Positions 63,038 through 64,000 of a stretch of 64,000 bases of DNA are shown here, piece after piece (positions within the stretch are counted from its first letter, which is position 1; each line of letters starts with the position of its first letter). This DNA comes from an uncultured delta proteobacterium (GTDB lineage: Bacteria > Desulfobacterota > Binatia > UBA9968). The translations under genes and the position numbers were made by a program. The stretch is taken from NCBI GenBank assembly GCA_963840855.1, contig CAWJBB010000030.1, positions 225,755 to 289,754 on the forward strand. Reading direction: 5' to 3'. Below the pieces are notes generated by a model, which had not been told where the DNA came from, did no database searches, and saw nothing but the letters and a program-made list of their open reading frames with translations.

Positions 63038-64000
63038 TCAGATGCCGTAGAATTCGCAGGGATTGTCGCGCACCATTTTATCGATGACGCGTGGTTGGCA
63101 CACTCTCCAGCGCGCGGAGAGTGGGCAGCAGATTGCGCTGTTCGAAGGGATCGTTGTGGCCGTAGTCGGAACCAATCAGCAGATTGTCCTCGCCGATGCA
63201 ATTCACCAGTGAAGGGAGATCTTCGCCCGTCTCGCAAGCGATGAAAATTCGATAATCGTGAAATAGATCTCGGGTGGATGAATATTTCCACTGCTCGCGA
63301 AACTGTCTTTTGAACGAGTGCAGCAGATACGGCACCCAGGTGGCGTAGGCCTCGATAAAGCCGAACTTCAGGCGCGGGAAAAGTTCGGGGATCTTGTTGT
63401 TGACGATGTCGTTGAAAGCAAACAGCGGCAGGATCGCCGAGTGGGACCATTGGCGGTTTCGCTCCAGGTCGAAAAAGTTGATGAACATGGGACAACCGGA
63501 GCCCTGGTGAATGCAGATCGGCAGATCGAGATCACTGGCCTCCTGATAGACCGGGGAAAAGTAGGGATTGTCCAGTGTTCGATTCCCCTCGATGCCTCGG
63601 AAGAACACTCCCACGGCGCCTCTTTCCTTGGCCCAGCGGAGCTCCTTGATCGATTCGTCAATCGAGCGCAACGGTGGAATCGCCACCCACTTCAACCGGT
63701 CATTGGCCTTCGAACATGCTTGAGCCATCCAGCGGTTGTAGGCGCGGCATAACGCGACCTCGAGCGCCACGTCATCCGTCAGGTAGATGAGAAACAATGT
63801 TGGGTAAATCACCTGGACGTCAAATCCCGACTGGTCCATGTCTCGCAAACGCGCCTCCGGGTCCGTGATCTCCCGGCAACCGGCGCTGATATCCGTTCTG
63901 GTTTGCTGTCTTTTGGCCGCTGAGGGTGTGATCAGCGCGAAGCCGCCTTTGCCGGCGGGCTTGGGGAAAATGTTACCGTCGATCAACCAAAAAGCGTTGC
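63038..64000 (-). CDS. Amidohydrolase_2 family protein (5' end outside the window; frameshift near the C-terminus)
   Basis: Close paralogue of 55018 (NAFWLIDGNIFPKP, GSDYGH). After about 63090 the expected tail RVIDKMVRDNPCEFYGI* is in a shifted frame. Confidence 0.88.

Overview
GC-rich bacterial chromosomal segment. The many Fe/thiamine-type and NMT1-type substrate-binding proteins, amidohydrolase_2 enzymes and GTTCAA-type intergenic repeats resemble Candidatus Binatia/Binatota; this is an inference. Housekeeping genes include a double-length uvrA that runs off the left edge, a frameshifted queE, a class A PBP, mtnB-mtnD-mtnC and tex. Between them are ABC transporter parts, catabolic enzymes, two type II TA pairs, decayed Y1/RAYT transposases and several gene scraps. 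Five things stand out. (1) 38.6-47.2 kb is a partner-switching locus: STAS, then two NCS2 nucleobase-permease paralogues each fused to a degenerate RsbW-like HATPase domain and carrying altered substrate-binding residues, then a Cache/HAMP/SpoIIE/HATPase sensor and a second STAS. It is a candidate transceptor-coupled signalling system. (2) The ORF track splits a UGSC-family selenoprotein (26708-28381) at an in-frame UGA that is followed by a SECIS-like hairpin. (3) A roughly 400-nt highly structured minus-strand RNA (32.1-32.6 kb) has a promoter, an SD-sequestered 33-codon ORF, a possible pseudoknot and a terminator. (4) An IS1202/IS481-like element has a 16-bp target duplication. (5) A tRNA-Arg 3'-half scar lies at 23.6 kb. 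Several single-base frameshifts may be assembly errors. All product calls come from motif recognition only; no database search was run.
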